Shown piece after piece: positions 46,234 through 56,441 of a DNA stretch of 64,000 nt (positions are counted from its first letter, which is position 1; every line of letters begins with the position of its first letter). This stretch comes from an uncultured delta proteobacterium (GTDB taxonomy: Bacteria; Bdellovibrionota; FAC87; UBA2466). The translations under genes and the position numbers were made by a program. The stretch covers positions 1,248,001 through 1,312,000 of the forward strand of contig CAVZSV010000004.1 in assembly GCA_963778115.1 (NCBI GenBank), written 5' to 3'. Below the pieces are notes generated by a model, which was given only the letters and a program-made list of their open reading frames with translations, was not told the DNA's origin and did no database searches.

Positions 46234-48711
46234 TTGACATCACCGGGAATCGACGATAGCGATCGGACTTTCACAACGGCAAAACCGGTGGTGGGTAGTT
46301 GCATGCAGTGCTTTAGTAGCTACAAGCGGCCCCTCTTCATTACAGGGTCCTTTTGCGTCTTTTTGGGCGTGATGGTTATCATTGGCTACTTTACAGGCAA
46401 TCCGGTATTGGTCCGAATCCTCCCCAACTTCTCCTGCCAGCGATTTAATACGGCTTTGGGATTTGTCGCTCTGGGATTGGGGCTTTTTGCACTTGGGACC
46501 AAGCAAAAGCCGTGGGTAATTCTTCTTAGTTCGGTCCTTCCGCTCGTCTTGGGTACGGGAATCATTGTCGAGTACCTTTTTGGTGTCCGAGTGATCGACT
46601 CCATATTTCTTTTTCACCCTCCTTCGAACTTCGGCTGTGCCCCCGATAGCCTCGCGCCCAATACTGGGGTCTGTTTTCTCATTTGCGGAGTCTCCTTCAT
46701 CGTAATGATCATTTCACGGACAGGACCGCGGCTAATCACCTGGATTCTGGCGCTCATGGGAGCGACAGTGGTGGGCATCGGACTCGTAGTATCCATTGCT
46801 TACTTAGGGAGTCTCGAACCTGGACAGGGCATTCTTAACCTGACCGGAATGGGCCTACAAACGGCAGTGGGATTTATTGCTTTCGGCTCCCTACTTCTTA
46901 TGCTGGCCTATCGAAGGGAAACCTTGGCCCGAGGAAACCCACCTCCTTGGTTTGCCGTTCCGGCAGGTGTAGCCGTAGCCACGACTCTGGGAATTCTTTG
47001 CCAAGCGCTACAACACAATCAGAGCCGTCATATCGAAAGGCTAATCCAGTCGGAACTGGCGGGCGTAAAGAATGAAATTGTAGCTCGCATGGAGGCCAGA
47101 ACTTTTTCTCTTTTGAGATTGGCCCGAAGCCTTCAATCTCGTCCCAATTTAAGCGATACCGAATTCGAGGCCGAAGCACGACTGCTCATGCAGCACTTTC
47201 CCGGCTTTAATTTCATCGAATGGACCGATAAAGACTTCTCACAACAGAGTCGAATTGCGACACCGGCCGCAAACCATCATGACTTTAGCACTCGTATCGA
47301 TCTGCTTTCCGCGGAAAAAGAGATGGTCAGAGCGGCTATCTCTGAACATCGGGAAGTTCTGGTAACGCCGGTGGGAGGAAAAAGCGACACTTTCCTTGAA
47401 GTGGTTTCCTCGCCTGAAAAATCCGCTGGAAAATTCCTTGTCGCCTCCTATCGAAGTGCTACTCTTTTTGCCGACATTCTAAACCACTCGATCTCTCCAG
47501 GCTTCGCGATTGAACTAACAGACCATCACAACAATGTCTTCACTCGCGATTTAGTGAGACAGAAGTTTCGCAATGAGTGGATGGAAAGTACGGAGGTTCA
47601 ATACGACGGAATCAATTGGATGTTATCCATTTGGCCGACGAGCGACACCATGGCAGATCTAAAGTCTCCTATCGTAATGGGTACTTCTATGGCCAGCGTC
47701 GCCATGACTCTTTTGGTAATGGCGACAGTTTTCTTCGGGCAAAAATCGTTAGCAAGGGCCCGACAGGCAGAAGCATTTAGCCAACAACTCATGGAACAGA
47801 TCCGCCAAAGAGAGATCGCCCAAGCAAGCCTGCGCGAAGCCCACGCGGACTTGGAAAACCGCGTAGCAAAAAGGACCATTGATCTTCGCATAGCCAATGA
47901 CAACTTGAAGAAAGAAATGTCGGAGCGGCTAAAGATCGAGAATGAACTCGCTCTGCGCGCCAAGGAACTAGCGCGCTCGAATTCAGAGCTTGAACAATTC
48001 GCCTATGTCGCATCACACGATTTGCAAGAACCGCTTCGCATGATCACCAGTTTCCTCTCCCTGCTTGCTCGTAGGTATATCGGAAAACTGGATCAGTCGG
48101 CTGACGAATATATCAATTTTTCGGTAGAAGGGGCGAAGCGAATGAAGCACCTTATCGATGACCTGCTCTCCTATTCACGGGTGAGCGGCGCCCAGAGAAA
48201 CATGGCGACACTATCTCTTGATTCGGTTGTAAAAGATGTCTTTGCCAACCTTAAGCTCACTATAGAAGAGAGTCAGGCTTCCATTCACTGTGAATCGAAT
48301 CTACCTCGTGTGCGCGGCGATCGACGTCAGTTGATGCAGCTTTTTCAGAATTTAATCGCAAACGCCATTAAGTTTAGGGGGGAGGATCCCCCCGTCGTTC
48401 GGATTTCGGCGTTCGAATTAAATCATGAGTGGCAAATCACCGTTGAAGACAATGGAATCGGTTTTGATATGAGTTACTCCGATCGAATTTTTCTAATTTT
48501 CCAACGCCTGCACTCCCAATCGAAATATTCGGGATCTGGAATTGGACTTGCGATCTGTAAGAGGATTGTCGAAATCCACGGCGGACGCATTTGGGCGTCC
48601 TCTCAACCAAATCGGGGAAGCTCATTTAGTTTTACGTTGCCCAAAGTGGATGAAGAGCATGGGTATCGGGGACAAGAGAAAGACGAGCGGGTTGTGGGTT
48701 TGCCGGCTTAA
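46234..48711 (+). CDS. Membrane sensor histidine kinase (multi-TM, CHASE-like, coiled coil, HisKA, HATPase); start uncertain
   Basis: 'FAYVASHDLQEPLR', 'QLFQNLIANAIKF', 'VEDNGIG', 'IFQRLH', 'GSGIGLAIC'. Confidence 0.93.
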   Translation: MTSPGIDDSDRTFTTAKPVVGSCMQCFSSYKRPLFITGSFCVFLGVMVIIGYFTGNPVLVRILPNFSCQRFNTALGFVALGLGLFALGTKQKPWVILLSSVLPLVLGTGIIVEYLFGVRVIDSIFLFHPPSNFGCAPDSLAPNTGVCFLICGVSFIVMIISRTGPRLITWILALMGATVVGIGLVVSIAYLGSLEPGQGILNLTGMGLQTAVGFIAFGSLLLMLAYRRETLARGNPPPWFAVPAGVAVATTLGILCQALQHNQSRHIERLIQSELAGVKNEIVARMEARTFSLLRLARSLQSRPNLSDTEFEAEARLLMQHFPGFNFIEWTDKDFSQQSRIATPAANHHDFSTRIDLLSAEKEMVRAAISEHREVLVTPVGGKSDTFLEVVSSPEKSAGKFLVASYRSATLFADILNHSISPGFAIELTDHHNNVFTRDLVRQKFRNEWMESTEVQYDGINWMLSIWPTSDTMADLKSPIVMGTSMASVAMTLLVMATVFFGQKSLARARQAEAFSQQLMEQIRQREIAQASLREAHADLENRVAKRTIDLRIANDNLKKEMSERLKIENELALRAKELARSNSELEQFAYVASHDLQEPLRMITSFLSLLARRYIGKLDQSADEYINFSVEGAKRMKHLIDDLLSYSRVSGAQRNMATLSLDSVVKDVFANLKLTIEESQASIHCESNLPRVRGDRRQLMQLFQNLIANAIKFRGEDPPVVRISAFELNHEWQITVEDNGIGFDMSYSDRIFLIFQRLHSQSKYSGSGIGLAICKRIVEIHGGRIWASSQPNRGSSFSFTLPKVDEEHGYRGQEKDERVVGLPA

Positions 48712-48856
48712 CCCGTAACATGTCTTGAATTTGGCTTTTAGCTTTTAGCATTTGTCTTCTAGCATTCGCCGGGCCTAATCAATTTGGAAAACTTTCTTCT
48801 TACTTCACCCAAGAAACTCTAAATGTTAAAACCCACAACTAATGTCTTGAAATTCC

Positions 48857-50131
48857 CTATCCTTTAACTATCCCAGGAATTACTGGCGTCCCCGCCGGGA
48901 CTGCCGCAAAACCAGCCGGGCTTCCAAACAACTTCGACACCGTTTGCACTACATTCTCCGGAAAGAAAAAACTTGCCCCCTGCGGTTCCGTAGCGAGCTG
49001 GCCGGTAGTGTAATTGAACGGCCAAGCGATGTGGTTGGGCATTCCCGTTCCGGTCTGCTTACGGGTGATAAGTTTACTCGCTCCCACAACTGTTCCCCCG
49101 TTAATGCCTCGGCCCGCCAGCAAAAAGGAATTGGTAAAGGGGTTATGATCTTTTCCCTTCGCCACGTTAAGTGCCGGAGTCCGACTAAACTCAGTCATCA
49201 CCATGAATGTCGTGGCGTCATATAGGCTCCCCTGCGCGTAGGGCAGACTCTTAAAGAGTTGAATTACCGAAGCCACGTAATCCCAAACTTTGGTCTGAAC
49301 TTTAATATGATTTCCGGGATGATTAATATGAGTATCCAAGGCAAGCGGTCCGCCATCGATGGGGACGTCAATCTGAGCTTGGCAAGCGCCTCCTGAGGCA
49401 AATGCCGCGGCCACTACCTGCTCGGCCGAAACCGCCCCTTGCGCCTGAAATGTGTTGAGCATAGAGATGAATTTCGTCGTGGCATCTTTGCCCCGTAACA
49501 GATCCGCCTGCGCTTTTTCCCAAGCAGTGCCCGCTTCTTCCAACTGCAACTGCATCCTCTGTTGGATGAAATCGATCAAACTTCCCTCTGCATTCGCCTG
49601 CTGGAGATCTTGGGTGGTCGAAAGGCTAACGGCTTTTCCCGCCAAATAGGGCTGTCCGCTAGCGACGACTCCGAAAGGACCCGTTCCCAGAGCGAGGGCT
49701 AGTTCAATAGGGACGGTGGCTGACTTTCCATCACCGGCACCGCTGGCGCTATATAAGTTGTCAACGTCATGGCCAGCATCTCGCCGCATCTGAATTCCAT
49801 TCACGATAAGAACGGAGTCCGCGTGAGCCGCCAAAGAGGATGCCGCGGGTCCTAACTTTAGTCCCTTAACGACTTTGATATCGTCGGGCCGATACTCGAT
49901 ATACATGTCTTGTTCGTCCGCGCCCGAGGGCATCACCCAAGGATCTAGACCCAAAGTACAATCCATACCGCCGAAGGTTCTTAATAAGACGAAGAAATGG
50001 TCCCCAGAGCCCACTTCCGCTTTTGCCGTTCTCGGAAAAAGACAAAGTCCCGGAAAGAGCGAGCTCAATCCACCCAGAGCCAATCCTTGGCCGGTGCGCA
50101 CCAGTAATTGCCGGCGTGTTAATTTCTTCAT
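48857..50131 (-). CDS. DUF1501 family Tat-exported protein
   Basis: Twin-arginine 'LTRRQLL', 'FVLLRTFGGMD', 'LDTH', 'VMTEFSRTP..KDHNP', 'LLAGRGINGG'. Confidence 0.88.
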   Translation of the reverse strand: MKKLTRRQLLVRTGQGLALGGLSSLFPGLCLFPRTAKAEVGSGDHFFVLLRTFGGMDCTLGLDPWVMPSGADEQDMYIEYRPDDIKVVKGLKLGPAASSLAAHADSVLIVNGIQMRRDAGHDVDNLYSASGAGDGKSATVPIELALALGTGPFGVVASGQPYLAGKAVSLSTTQDLQQANAEGSLIDFIQQRMQLQLEEAGTAWEKAQADLLRGKDATTKFISMLNTFQAQGAVSAEQVVAAAFASGGACQAQIDVPIDGGPLALDTHINHPGNHIKVQTKVWDYVASVIQLFKSLPYAQGSLYDATTFMVMTEFSRTPALNVAKGKDHNPFTNSFLLAGRGINGGTVVGASKLITRKQTGTGMPNHIAWPFNYTTGQLATEPQGASFFFPENVVQTVSKLFGSPAGFAAVPAGTPVIPGIVKG

Positions 50132-50141
50132 ATGGCTTCCT

Positions 50142-50777
50142 CTAGTAAGTTAGAAATTCGTCTTGGGTCGTGACCAAAAGCACTAGTTGTTTTAGCGCGT
50201 CAAAAGTAGTGAGACTCTTATCTTGGGTGGCCGTAAGCATTTTTTTGCACAACTCATCCTGATTCTGGATAATGTTCCGACCGACATAATACTCAAAGAG
50301 GTTGTTTACGATTTGGGTTTGAATGTCAGGACTCAAAGTCATCCACGTCACCGATTTAGGACTGGTAACCACCGCGGCATAGGGCTGGGTAGATAACATC
50401 TGTAAGGCCTTTTTCCCAAAGAAAGGCTCCATCCCACTGGCTTTTGCCAAAGACTGATCAAACTGGGAACCAACCGCCAGCATCACACACTTTATGTACC
50501 ATTTAACGAAAGTAACACTGGGGCCCCGGTACATCGGATCGCCCGTCGCTGGATTCAAGTCCCCGGTGATTCCGCGATTGCTATTACTGAAGGCCATGCA
50601 GTCGGCGTTGTTGCCATACTGGGCATCAGGAAACTTTTGATTGAGAACGCGAAAAAAGTCGTGTCCCGAAAGATACCGAAGATACGAGTCTTTAAAGGTG
50701 ACGTTAGGAGCCCCTAATCCCCATTGGGAAAACATAACCATTAGGACCAATGAGATCTTTGTTTTCACTTCAACCAC
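50142..50777 (-). CDS. Hypothetical exported protein of the DUF1501 operon
   Basis: Signal peptide; overlaps the upstream gene; ends 'QDEFLTY', similar to the C-termini of DUF1501 partner proteins. Confidence 0.7.
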   Translation of the reverse strand: MVEVKTKISLVLMVMFSQWGLGAPNVTFKDSYLRYLSGHDFFRVLNQKFPDAQYGNNADCMAFSNSNRGITGDLNPATGDPMYRGPSVTFVKWYIKCVMLAVGSQFDQSLAKASGMEPFFGKKALQMLSTQPYAAVVTSPKSVTWMTLSPDIQTQIVNNLFEYYVGRNIIQNQDELCKKMLTATQDKSLTTFDALKQLVLLVTTQDEFLTY

Positions 50778-52366
50778 CCTTGTGTGATTTGGGGATCGAT
50801 CGTAATTTTCCCGGACTCATCTCTAACCCCGGTAGCAATCCATTCCTTAATGAGTGCGAGCTCAGCGTCGGTGGGCTGCCACGCGGAAGTGGGAGGCGGC
50901 ATCACGCGATTTTCCCCACTGCCGGCCAGATCCAAGTCTTTAATGATGGCTTTAATCCACTTGGGATGATCGGTGTCACTTCCGATGGGAAGTTGAACGA
51001 AACTAGGCATGGGATTCTGGTTTGCCGGAGGAGTCACTCCGGAATGGCAGTTCGTACAGCGCTGAAGGGTGTTTTTGACCTGAGTCAGAGTCACATTCTG
51101 CGGACCTTGGTCGGGGTCGCGGTAAAATTCCGGTTGATTCACCAAATAGGCGACATAGTCGTTGGTAAGATGTTTCATGCCGTCAAACTGTTTTACCAGC
51201 TCGGTAAAGCGATCCAGCGTTGGCGGATCGTCGCCTTGAATAAACCAGTTCCAAAAGCGCATGACCTGACACTGGGAATACTCGGGTTGTGCTTGGATGG
51301 CAGCCGCGACCTCTCCGATTCCATTTCCTGCTACGTTAACCAATTGACCATTGGGTCTTCGGTAAACCAATGCTCCGGGCGAAGTATCATCGGAGAGTAC
51401 GGAACCGCTTGTGAGAAACGTTCGTCCCAGGGGATCTAATTTGTAATGGCAAGCCATGCAGTTCGGATCCGACCCATGAGGATCGTCATCGGCGACTCCA
51501 AGATGGACGTTATCGAGACTCGGCTTGGGAAACGCTTGATTGACGAGATCCTGGTCATCTCCGGCGGAAGAGGCCACTACCGCTTTCATGTCATCGCATA
51601 AAAAAGTACGAAAGACGGCGGCTGCCCTACCCCGATTCTTGTTCACGTTGGTGGTGCTATACCGACTAAAAAAGCGTTGTGTCGTGATGGCACCGGCGAT
51701 TCGCGAATCGGTATCGGCAAATACAGCACGATTGGCGGTGATTTGCCCAATCGTAGTAGGCTGCAAAGGGGCCGTAATATCGGGAAGTACCATTTGGAGA
51801 AAACTACGATCGTCACTCGAGGGAAGAACCATTCCTCCCGTAAAGCCCCCCACCACATCAGGAAGTAAATATTGTTTTCTAGTAAGTAAATTATCCCAAC
51901 TCAAATTTTGACTTAGGATTTCGTAATAGAGCAAGTCCTGACTCGTAGGAGAATTCGGAATGCCTGACGGAGTTGAAAGAAGAAATCCCTCGGGAGGGCT
52001 GGGATCGGTCATCATCCGAAACAGAGAGTCCAGACGGTCCATCATCTTCCCGATGTACTCGGGAGTTTTTAGATATTCACCGGTCTTGGTCTGAAAAAAA
52101 TCAGGGAGATGGCCACTTGCCATCGCAGCCTCTAGGGCATCGTATTCGGCGGAGGTGGGGGTTACTCCCTTTAGATGAAGGCTTAATTTTCTAAGCCGAG
52201 CGTAAGGGCTCATTTCCTTTCCACTCTTGGTGAAAGTGGCTGCGCGAACCCCAATCACAGGGAGCGCCAGTTTCATAGAGGGTGCCTTTGCTCCGGTACA
52301 ACCACCTAAACAGGCCAACAGAAGCAGACCGAAAACAGACCTAATTGAATTGGACATTGGCGTCAT
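50765..52366 (-). CDS. Heme-c lipoprotein, DUF1549/DUF1588-like with C-terminal cytochrome c domain
   Basis: Lipobox LGGC; 'LRKLSLHLKGVTPT'; 'RGRA..FRTFLC'; CMACH..DPLG; CTNCH...MPP...IKEWI. Confidence 0.78.
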   Translation of the reverse strand: MTPMSNSIRSVFGLLLLACLGGCTGAKAPSMKLALPVIGVRAATFTKSGKEMSPYARLRKLSLHLKGVTPTSAEYDALEAAMASGHLPDFFQTKTGEYLKTPEYIGKMMDRLDSLFRMMTDPSPPEGFLLSTPSGIPNSPTSQDLLYYEILSQNLSWDNLLTRKQYLLPDVVGGFTGGMVLPSSDDRSFLQMVLPDITAPLQPTTIGQITANRAVFADTDSRIAGAITTQRFFSRYSTTNVNKNRGRAAAVFRTFLCDDMKAVVASSAGDDQDLVNQAFPKPSLDNVHLGVADDDPHGSDPNCMACHYKLDPLGRTFLTSGSVLSDDTSPGALVYRRPNGQLVNVAGNGIGEVAAAIQAQPEYSQCQVMRFWNWFIQGDDPPTLDRFTELVKQFDGMKHLTNDYVAYLVNQPEFYRDPDQGPQNVTLTQVKNTLQRCTNCHSGVTPPANQNPMPSFVQLPIGSDTDHPKWIKAIIKDLDLAGSGENRVMPPPTSAWQPTDAELALIKEWIATGVRDESGKITIDPQITQGWLK

Positions 52367-53237
52367 TGTAGAAACCCTGGTTTAGAAAAAATGGCTGGGC
52401 GACGTCGGAGTACTCATCATCTCCATAGATATAAGCGACAAAGTGCGGAGCTTTTGCCGCCTGATACTGGGCGATGGCGGCACCCAACGGAACGGCATTA
52501 GGAGTTACCGTAATGGGGCAATAGTTTCCGCTCGTGTCTTTGGTAATGAGAGACCATAGGGTGGCGGCGGCCGCCACCTGGCTTGAAGCTAGATACTTCT
52601 TAACGGTTCCTATCTCGAGTCCTCCCGAAGAGTTCCTATTCATGGTAAAGTCCATTGCCATGCTGATGGTTCTATTCTCCATCAAACCTGTTTCAGGATT
52701 GGGAAACATAAGTTCCGCATCCCATCGGGCAAACGAAATGCTGGAAGGGGCCTCGGTATTTCCGGGAGGAAGCCAGCTAAAATCTTTGCAATTAAAAATA
52801 TCGTTGGGAATGGGAACTGCAAGTTTTGGCGTCCCTCCGCGATCGGAGAACGCAACTAACCCTTGCTGAAAGAGGGGAAATTCCATGGGGGGAGCGCCGT
52901 TAGGGGCTTGGTAGCGCATGGTTACGGTCTTACCTATTTTGGAGGCGTCCGGATGAACCACCCAAGCCATGGTGAGATCGTTTAGAATCAATCCCAAGCG
53001 ATACTCGCAAGAAATATTTGAATTATTTGTGCAAGAGTTGTCGGTTATCTTAATCGGAAGATCCGTTTCAAGAACGTCGCGCCGATTAATCATGAATTCG
53101 GCGACCCGTCCGTCCTTGAACCTCAAATCGACGGGTTTTCCCTTCTCCATGACGAACTGGTTTTGAGGAGTATCGGAAAATGCGAAGACGCAAAATAGCG
53201 CGGACAGACCTATAGCCCAAGAGGCAAAATGCTTCAT
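52341..53237 (-). CDS. Hypothetical secreted protein, first gene of the DUF1501 operon
   Basis: Signal peptide from ATG 53237; overlaps the next gene by 26 bp. Confidence 0.7.
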   Translation of the reverse strand: MKHFASWAIGLSALFCVFAFSDTPQNQFVMEKGKPVDLRFKDGRVAEFMINRRDVLETDLPIKITDNSCTNNSNISCEYRLGLILNDLTMAWVVHPDASKIGKTVTMRYQAPNGAPPMEFPLFQQGLVAFSDRGGTPKLAVPIPNDIFNCKDFSWLPPGNTEAPSSISFARWDAELMFPNPETGLMENRTISMAMDFTMNRNSSGGLEIGTVKKYLASSQVAAAATLWSLITKDTSGNYCPITVTPNAVPLGAAIAQYQAAKAPHFVAYIYGDDEYSDVAQPFFLNQGFYNDANVQFN

Positions 53238-53333
53238 GACCCAACCCTGGCTGAAGTGTTTTGGTATTAGATTTCCATATTCAGTTGCCGCGCCGAAACT
53301 AACATTCGCGATACGGAGACACAAGCATTGCTA

Positions 53334-54461
53334 TTATTGCTTGGCGTCATTTTTAGGCATTGTCGTCGACAATGGGGACTGAAATTTATATAGGCCATAA
53401 GGCTCGGGCGGATTCGGCCCGCGATTGATCTGCGAAGTCGTGACGTAAATAGCATGATCGGGTCCTATAGCGAAGCTATCGGGCCACACAAGTCTGGGAT
53501 CTTGGATGAGAAGTGACTCTTTTCCCTGGGCGTCGACGCGCTTAATGCCATCTTGCTGTAAAGCCGTCACATAAATCGAAGTTCCGTAGCGGATCAGTCC
53601 ATCCGCAGGACCCGCATGGGCGAACACTTCAACATGTTTTTCTCGCTCGTCGTCGGAGAGTTTAGGATCGCGCAGAGACTCTCCCTTAATCCGATACATG
53701 GTAGCACCGGAAAGTGCTTGGTAATAAAGCGTATCACCCTCTTGATCCAGAGCAATCCCGTCCGCGTGAACTTGTTTGATGCTTCCATCGGGCATCCGCC
53801 ATTCTTTCCCTTCAATAATAAGCGTCAAATTCTCGGAATGGGTGGACGGACTATTGACCAATGTCCGCCAACTTTTCCCGCTATTCAGATCTACCACTAC
53901 GATGGCGCCCAGCCCCGAATCGGTGAGGTAAGCAAAGTTTCGAGACGTATCGATACGCACGTCATTGAGATAACTCTTTTCAGGGGCTGTCTCGGAATCG
54001 AAACGATACGTTCGCGCGACTTTATTGGTCTTAAGATCGATCTTCACAAGCTTCGCCCCGTGCCTTACGACTCCGGCAAAATTGGGGCTCGCCGGATCGA
54101 CCACCCAAAGAAAATTATCTCTATCCACCACTACTGACTGAACACATACCCATTCGACTCTAGGATTATCAGCGTGACGCCCCTCACGCCAACGATTCCA
54201 GTTTTTATCGGGGTAGGGAGTTACCCCATTCCCCAGTAACTCTCCCACCGAAACAGGAACATCGGGTGACCATCTGGGATAGTTGACGAAGATTCGTCCT
54301 TCGTGCGAAACAGCAACTCCCGTCCATTGCTTTTTAGATTGAGCCACTCGAGTGAGCACGGGTTGAACTACGGGTGACTTCACTATGGGAGGGGAGGAGG
54401 CGCAGGAGACTAACCCAATAAATGTTACCAAATACCCTAAATTTCGAAGATCTCGGTTCAT
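53334..54461 (-). CDS. Major royal jelly / yellow-like beta-propeller lipoprotein
   Basis: Lipobox LVSC; 'GRIFVNYPRW', 'VQSVVVD..LWVVD', 'SYLNDVRID', 'AYLTDSG', 'ADGIAL', 'WPDSF'. Confidence 0.88.
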   Translation of the reverse strand: MNRDLRNLGYLVTFIGLVSCASSPPIVKSPVVQPVLTRVAQSKKQWTGVAVSHEGRIFVNYPRWSPDVPVSVGELLGNGVTPYPDKNWNRWREGRHADNPRVEWVCVQSVVVDRDNFLWVVDPASPNFAGVVRHGAKLVKIDLKTNKVARTYRFDSETAPEKSYLNDVRIDTSRNFAYLTDSGLGAIVVVDLNSGKSWRTLVNSPSTHSENLTLIIEGKEWRMPDGSIKQVHADGIALDQEGDTLYYQALSGATMYRIKGESLRDPKLSDDEREKHVEVFAHAGPADGLIRYGTSIYVTALQQDGIKRVDAQGKESLLIQDPRLVWPDSFAIGPDHAIYVTTSQINRGPNPPEPYGLYKFQSPLSTTMPKNDAKQ

Positions 54462-54493
54462 TCCAGCTTCATACTCCGCCATTCGCCTTCTGC

Positions 54494-54524
54494 CTACAAA
54501 AAGGTACGGCCTACCTTCTTGTAG
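54494..54524. repeat. REP-like palindrome, same family as 36863/36908
   Basis: CTACAAAAAGGTACGGCCTACCTTCTTGTAG; its reverse complement differs from the 36863 copy at 2 of 31 positions. Confidence 0.8.
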
Positions 54525-56432
54525 TTAGGGCATCGGGGACGTTGCAAGCGGGACGTTTTGAGAAAGGCGGTTGCTGGCGATTACGCGAACCATGAAGGAG
54601 GAATCCGCGAAGGAATCCACCAAAGAAACATTGTAGAGTTCAACTGCCAGAGCTACCTGCTTTTGGGGAACCTCGTCCTTGGGGATTTGAGCGGTTAAAG
54701 CTCCCGGAATTAGGAAACTGAGTTTTGTCTTTACGGGAAAATCACAAACCAAGTGATAGCCTTTATTTCGGTTGGTATCGTATCCGCCAAAAGAGATTAG
54801 GGCGCGATCGGAGGAGCCAGGGCTTACGATGCCCAAATGAAAGTCTTCTCCCGGAGTCAATTGAGCATCGGTACGCACTTTGAAATTTGGAACTCCACCT
54901 ATGCTGGTCTCAAAATTATCTTTTACCTCCGAGACTACCCCTTGGAGTTTTATTTTCTTTCCCGAAGATATCCACTGCGTAAATCTCTTATGATCAAAAG
55001 TCTCGTCGGGCGCATCTCGATATTGACTGCGAAGCGGATATTCCAAAGACAACGCTTTGTCGGTGGAAAGCAAAAGGCTCTTTATTCCCATATTAAACCC
55101 TTGGGGATCGGGATAAGCAAAATCGACATTGTAATCAAAACGGCTCAGACGACATTGGTCTTGAGTGAAAGTATCCCCTCGCTGAGGGTTGGGGCTGAGA
55201 GCGTCGCTCTTTAGAAACTGCGCATCATGAGTGTAGGTCGCCAACTCGCTAATCGTTGGCCCCTTGGGATCGCCTCGTCCTACTCCAAGGCGAATCAACT
55301 CTAAATTCACCGCTTGTAGTTTTCCGTTCAAACACCTCTGCATTCCCTGACTTTTCTTACAGTCGGGGGCTGGAGGCTCTTCTGCTGCCAATTTGGTGAG
55401 TCCCGTTCTGCCTAATAACGCCACATCGTAGGGCGATTCTGAACTAGGGCCTTTAGCTCCGATGACAGGCATTGGAAATCCGTCTTCCCCTGTTCGGGAA
55501 ACCAACGTCTCCCAGTGGAGTAACCCTTTTTTGTCCACCACGAGCGATAACACCCAACCGGTTCGAGAAAGTTCGTCCAGCTCAAAGCGATTATCACGCA
55601 AGTTGTCGATAAAATCGTCGAACACGAAATTTCCAAGGCTATAAACAATGAGTTTGCCTCGGTACGTCTCGGCACCTTCCGTCACATGCGGATGTCCTCC
55701 GATGACGATATCCGCTCCACTATCAATCATTTTGCGAGCGAGTGCCCGCTGTCGGTCATTAGGATGGGTGTAGTACTCCTCTCCCCAATGCATGAAAGTA
55801 AGAACGAGATCGACTTTAGGCCGCACTTCTTGAATGTCCGCGATCACGGAAGCGTCGTCGCTCCAAGCGACTCCCGGCGTGTGAGGCCCTGCTTCAAACG
55901 ACCGAGGGCGAAATTCGTTGTAGCCCAAGATCGCGATCTTGATTCCGTTCTTTTCCACGATCCACGGTGTGTGCGCTTCCTTGAGATCGCGGCCCGCTCC
56001 AAAATAATTCAGGTGATTTTTTTTAAGCAGTTCGAGGGTGCTTACCAAAGCTTCATGGCCAAAATCCCCGGTATGGTTATTAGCTAAAGATACCGCATCA
56101 AAGTGTTTGGTTAAAACCGACACCGCTTTGGGATCGGCATTAAAGACGAAGTGCTTGTCTACTTGCTTGCCCCCAGGCGCCATCACGCATTCTAGATTTC
56201 CGACACGGATATCCGCCGAATCTAAGACCGAAGCAAAAGCCGAAAAGGGGTCTTTCCCAGCAGCAATAAATTTTCCGGGGATTCGATCCAGCATGATATC
56301 GCCAACGAATACGATTCGTACCGGTTTCGATTCCACGGCACTTAGCGAAGACGAGAAATGACCGAAAAGAAATAAACCACCGAAGAACGCCCCTTTTAAC
56401 CGCTCTTTACCCATAAAAAGTAGATAACCCAT
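54525..56432 (-). CDS. CapA family metallophosphoesterase with a ~300-aa unknown C-terminal extension
   Basis: 'VGDIML', 'GNLE', 'SLANNHTGDFG', 'HWGEEY', 'GGHPHV', 'YSLGNFVFD'. Confidence 0.88.
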   Translation of the reverse strand: MGYLLFMGKERLKGAFFGGLFLFGHFSSSLSAVESKPVRIVFVGDIMLDRIPGKFIAAGKDPFSAFASVLDSADIRVGNLECVMAPGGKQVDKHFVFNADPKAVSVLTKHFDAVSLANNHTGDFGHEALVSTLELLKKNHLNYFGAGRDLKEAHTPWIVEKNGIKIAILGYNEFRPRSFEAGPHTPGVAWSDDASVIADIQEVRPKVDLVLTFMHWGEEYYTHPNDRQRALARKMIDSGADIVIGGHPHVTEGAETYRGKLIVYSLGNFVFDDFIDNLRDNRFELDELSRTGWVLSLVVDKKGLLHWETLVSRTGEDGFPMPVIGAKGPSSESPYDVALLGRTGLTKLAAEEPPAPDCKKSQGMQRCLNGKLQAVNLELIRLGVGRGDPKGPTISELATYTHDAQFLKSDALSPNPQRGDTFTQDQCRLSRFDYNVDFAYPDPQGFNMGIKSLLLSTDKALSLEYPLRSQYRDAPDETFDHKRFTQWISSGKKIKLQGVVSEVKDNFETSIGGVPNFKVRTDAQLTPGEDFHLGIVSPGSSDRALISFGGYDTNRNKGYHLVCDFPVKTKLSFLIPGALTAQIPKDEVPQKQVALAVELYNVSLVDSFADSSFMVRVIASNRLSQNVPLATSPMP

Positions 56433-56441
56433 TCTTTCAGA

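Noticed and set aside
48712..48856. AT-rich intergenic region with short repeats (ATGTCTTGAA twice, GCTTTTA twice)
   Set aside because: Too short and degenerate to assign as an element; no ORF or strong hairpin.
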